Assembly (NCBI RefSeq): GCF_963921235.1
Contig: NC_086097.1
Span: forward strand, 83,206,001 to 83,270,000
Direction of reading: 5' to 3'
Source: Mobula hypostoma
Taxonomy: Eukaryota
DNA: 64,000 nt
The notes under the pieces are model-generated. The model saw nothing but the letters and a program-made list of their open reading frames with translations, made no database searches and was not told the DNA's origin. This document shows positions 60,326 through 64,000 of this stretch, piece by piece (within the stretch, counting starts at the first letter, position 1; the number at the start of each line of letters is the position of its first letter). Both the position numbers and the translations under genes were made by a program.

Positions 60326-62604
60326 GTACCTCTTCCTACAGATGCTGCCTGGCCTGCTGCATTCACCAGCAATTTTTATGTGTGTTGCTTGAAATTCCAG
60401 CGTCTGCAGATTTCCTCATGTTTGCGATATTCAATTTCAATGCAGTATTACGCAGGGAGAGCCAACAGTGCTGGCCTGCAATCCACCCATCCCCTTCACT
60501 TATCCCCACAACTAAAGTATATTAATTTTATTATGTTACTTTGGCAAACAGCATTAAGATTACCTTAAACAATGTTTAATTCTAGAAGGAAAAAGGGCGT
60601 GGAGCAATTCTTGCACTCAGGTCATCCTCGGGTTAAAAATATTATTGAGAATGTTTAGAGGCATGTTTACATGTAGTTAAGTAAAACATTTGGAGAAATG
60701 TATTAACAGGATGACAAATACATGAACAAGAGTACAACTGGAGCTGGAGATTTCAGATGGTGATCTTTGTAAGTGAGAGGACATTTGGTAGAAAGCTCAG
60801 TCTGGATCAGATAGTCTGGACCACAATACAAATAGCCACAATTTAACAAAATAGGGATGGTGCTGCTGATGAGAATACAATACTTATGGGAGGGGCTAAA
60901 AGCAGTGATTTTGTGTTTCAAAAATTTTACCAGGTAGAAGTTACAACTCATCCAGTGTTTACAGCAAGTGTCCAAAAACAAATTAAATTTACATTCAGTG
61001 TCTTTCCTCTTTGCAGTTGAACTTAACCTTTTAAGTTGTTGGAGCAGCTTTTAATTTAGTCCCATCTAATGCTGAAGTGGTATAATTGTTAATTGTATGT
61101 TCCAGACCATTACATGAGATGTACTTGCATATTTCTTTAAAATAGATAAAGAACTCTTGCATTAAGATACATAGATGCAGGCTACTATATGAACTAATTT
61201 TCTCATCCTATTCCATAAAACCAGATTTATGAATAAATTGATCAGGGAGATCACTTAGCTGAAGTCATATTTAATTATTTGTCTTTTGGATCGAAATGAA
61301 GCAGAAAGTTGCTACTAGTTACCTTGAACTTGAAAATTATAGCTAGGAGTAAAGGGTTGGATTAGCCAGTGTTATTTTGTTTTGGAACAAATGCGGGTGA
61401 ATGAAGTCTTAGTTGAGGTATGTAAATTTATGAATGGTTTAGACCAATCAAACAAGAATCTCTTATTTCTCTTAGTAGAGTGGGAAAAAGCCAGGGGAAC
61501 TTGAATTACAGGAGTTTGGAACACACTCCCTGAAATGGTGGTAGAGGAAGAACCCCCTCATCACACTTAATAGTTGAAGCATGACCCATAGGACTACGGA
61601 TGTGGGAACAGTAGTTAGCATTACTTGGGAGAAATCTCTTTTTAAACCAATACCAGACTTTGACCTCTAGCATCAGAAACGTGATGGTTTCTGTACTGAA
61701 CTTCAGAATATGATAAGATTCAGAAATTGAAATACCAAGGCTTAAAACTACAAATTTAAGAATAAAATTAGCTGTCAACATTTCCCAAGATACTTGTGAG
61801 GGATATGCAATTTTCTCCTCTTAAATTAAGCACTAATTAACATAAAACAATACAAATTGTCCCCGAGTCAAGTTAGTACTTTTCTTCCAACTATCTTGAA
61901 GTATAGGTTTTTATTAAGAAATCCTTTAATGAATGAATAATTATGGTAAAATAAGAACACTATTGAAGTTGCATTTTAGTTTATTATTTGGGATTTTCAG
62001 ATTTCTAATCGATGTCTGGCTGTTAATTTACAATTAGATGTACTCGTGTACACATTGAATGAATCAATTTTGTTTTTAAAGTTGTTGGCTTGCTTTGATT
62101 TGTTATTTTTTTTATCATCTTACATTATTCCATTTCCCGTGGGGGTAAGTAGTTGGCTCAATGATAATTGTTGATTCAACCATGACCTCATCAAACTCTG
62201 CAAAGACTCCTCATTTAAAAGAACATTGTAATTAGGATTGTTATGCCTTGAGATTAGTCTGTATAAATATTAGCCTACAATTATTTGATGGATTTGTATG
62301 AGATTTCCATGCTTCAAATAACTAGGTTCATAACTCCATTGAAGTTCAAGATAAAGGGACTTCACTAATGTTCAGAAAATCTAGTTTGAAGATGTTCATT
62401 ATCCCTGAGGAATTTGACTTTGATGAAGGTAAATAAAATGCCCTTTATTCAGTTTGGAATTGTTTTTTTCTTCAACTGTCTATCTCTGCAGTGATGCAAA
62501 ATATTCAAACACGAACTTCAGTGCATACAGTCTGACATGAAAGCACTGTGAGAACCCACTAAAAATGATAGAAGACTTGTCCTACTGCTAGGAACAACCA
62601 AGCC

Positions 62605-64000
62605 ACATGTGCAAAATGCTGGATGAACTCAGCAGGCCAAGCAGAATTTATGGAAAAAAGTACAGTTGACGTTTGAGGCCAAGGCACTTAGGCAGGACTT
62701 GGGGGGTAAAAAAGATGAATAGATTTAAAAGGTGGGGGAGGGGAGAGAGAAACATAAGGTGATAGGTGAAACCAGGAGGGAGAGGGATGAAGTAAAGAGC
62801 TAGGAAGTTGATTGGTGAAAGAGATAAAGAGAAGAAGGAGGAGTCTGATAGGAGAGAACAGAAGGCCATGGAAGAAAGAAAAGGAGGGAGGAGCATCAGA
62901 GGGGGGCAGTGGGCAAACAAGGAGATAAGGTGAGAGGGGGGAAAAGAAAATGGAGAATTCTGAAGGGGGGAGGGGGTAGCCATTACTGGAAGTTCAAGAA
63001 ATCGATGTTCATGCCATCAGATTGGGGGCTACCCAGACGGAACATAAGGTGTAGCTCCTCCAACCTGAGTGTGGCCTCATCGCAACAGTAGAGGAGGCCG
63101 CCATGGATTGACATAACGGAATGGGAAGTGAAATTAAAATGGGTGGCCACTGGGAGATCCCACTTCTTCTGGTAGATGGTGTGTAGATGCCAGGAAAACA
63201 GTCTCACCGATATACAGAAGGCCACACTGGGAGCACCGGACACACTATATACCCCAACAGACTCTCAGATGAAGTGTCGCCTCATCTGGAAGGACTGCTT
63301 AGAGCCCTGAATGGTAGTGAGGGAGGGAGTGTAGGGGCAGGTGTAGCCCTTGTCCCACTTGCAAGTATAAGTGCCAGGAGGGAGATCAGTGGGGAGGGAT
63401 GAATGGACAAGGGAGTAGTGTAGGGAGTGATCCCTGCTGAAAGCAGCTAGTGGATGGAGGGAAACATATGCTTGGTGATGAGATCCCATTGGAGATGGCG
63501 GAAGTTCTGGAGACTTATGAGCTGGACAGGGAGCCTGGTGGGATGGTAGGTGAGGACAAGAGAAACCCTATCCCTGGTAGGGAGGCGGGAGGATGGGATA
63601 AGAGCAGAAATACATGAAATGGAAGAGATGTAGTTGAGGACCGCATTGATGGCGGAGGAAGGGAAGCCCCTTTCTTTGAAAAAGGAGGACCTCTCCTTCA
63701 CTCCAGAATAAAAAAAACCTCATCCTGAGAGCAAATGTCGTAGAGACGGAAGAATTGAGAGAAGGGGATGGGGTTTTTACAAGTAACAGGGCGAGAAGAG
63801 GTATCACCCAGGTAACTGGGAGAAGCTGTAGGTTTATAATAGATATCAGTGGATAAGCTGTCTCCAGAGATAGAGACAGTAAGATCAAGAAAGAAGGGAG
63901 GTGTTGGAAATGGACAAAGTTAAATTTGGGAGCAGGATGGAGGTTGGTGGCAAAGTTGGTGAAGTCGATGACCTCCGCGTGGGTGCAGGAAGCAGCACCA
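62605..64000 (-). mobile_element. Penelope-like element (older subfamily), running off the window end
   Basis: WDLPVATHFNFTSHS...RLEELHLMFRLGSPQSDGMNIDF; LPPGTYTCKWDKGYTCPY; FKERGFPSS; RT C-terminus at the window end. Confidence 0.85.

Larger units (their letters stand above)
57771..60424. mobile_element. Penelope-like (Neptune-type) element in inverted configuration: minus copy 57771 to about 58590, plus copy about 58595-60424
   Basis: RT: FTMDVQSLYTSIP...QTKGVAIGTCMGPSYA...LRYIDD. Cys linker CEQNKCYTC, then GIY-YIG VIYCIQCSRCGLLYVGET...HFAEH...RLEEQHLIF. Degenerate TSD CAATATCAATTTTAAT (57755-70) / CGATATTCAATTTCAAT (60425-41). Confidence 0.92.

Overview
This is AT-rich vertebrate genomic DNA, not prokaryotic. 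The repeat families (V-SINE/HE1-like SINEs, Deu-domain SINE, CR1 and Rex1-like LINEs, abundant Neptune-type Penelope-like elements) suggest a cartilaginous fish, probably a ray; this is an inference. The window looks mostly intronic. I find one credible host exon (23693-23860, + strand, 168 nt, phase 1-1), whose cysteine pattern matches the segment after the IGFBP domain of CRIM1 but is strongly diverged, so it probably belongs to a CRIM1 paralogue. The rest is decayed mobile DNA: Penelope-like elements (PLEs) carrying minimal type I hammerhead ribozyme motifs of two families, often as inverted pairs with target-site duplications (TSDs); Rex1-like and CR1 LINEs; an internally deleted Gypsy provirus with two LTRs; a hAT/Buster transposon; Tc1 and Tigger-type elements; SINEs; and a 43-bp minisatellite. 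Most ORFs in the supplied track are spurious or broken transposon frames. I see no clearly new biological system. The best leads are the CRIM1-like exon, the hammerhead-bearing inverted PLEs, a structured RTE-like insert and an unusually long (about 110 bp) duplication flanking a LINE. All family assignments come from motif recognition by eye, not from database searches.
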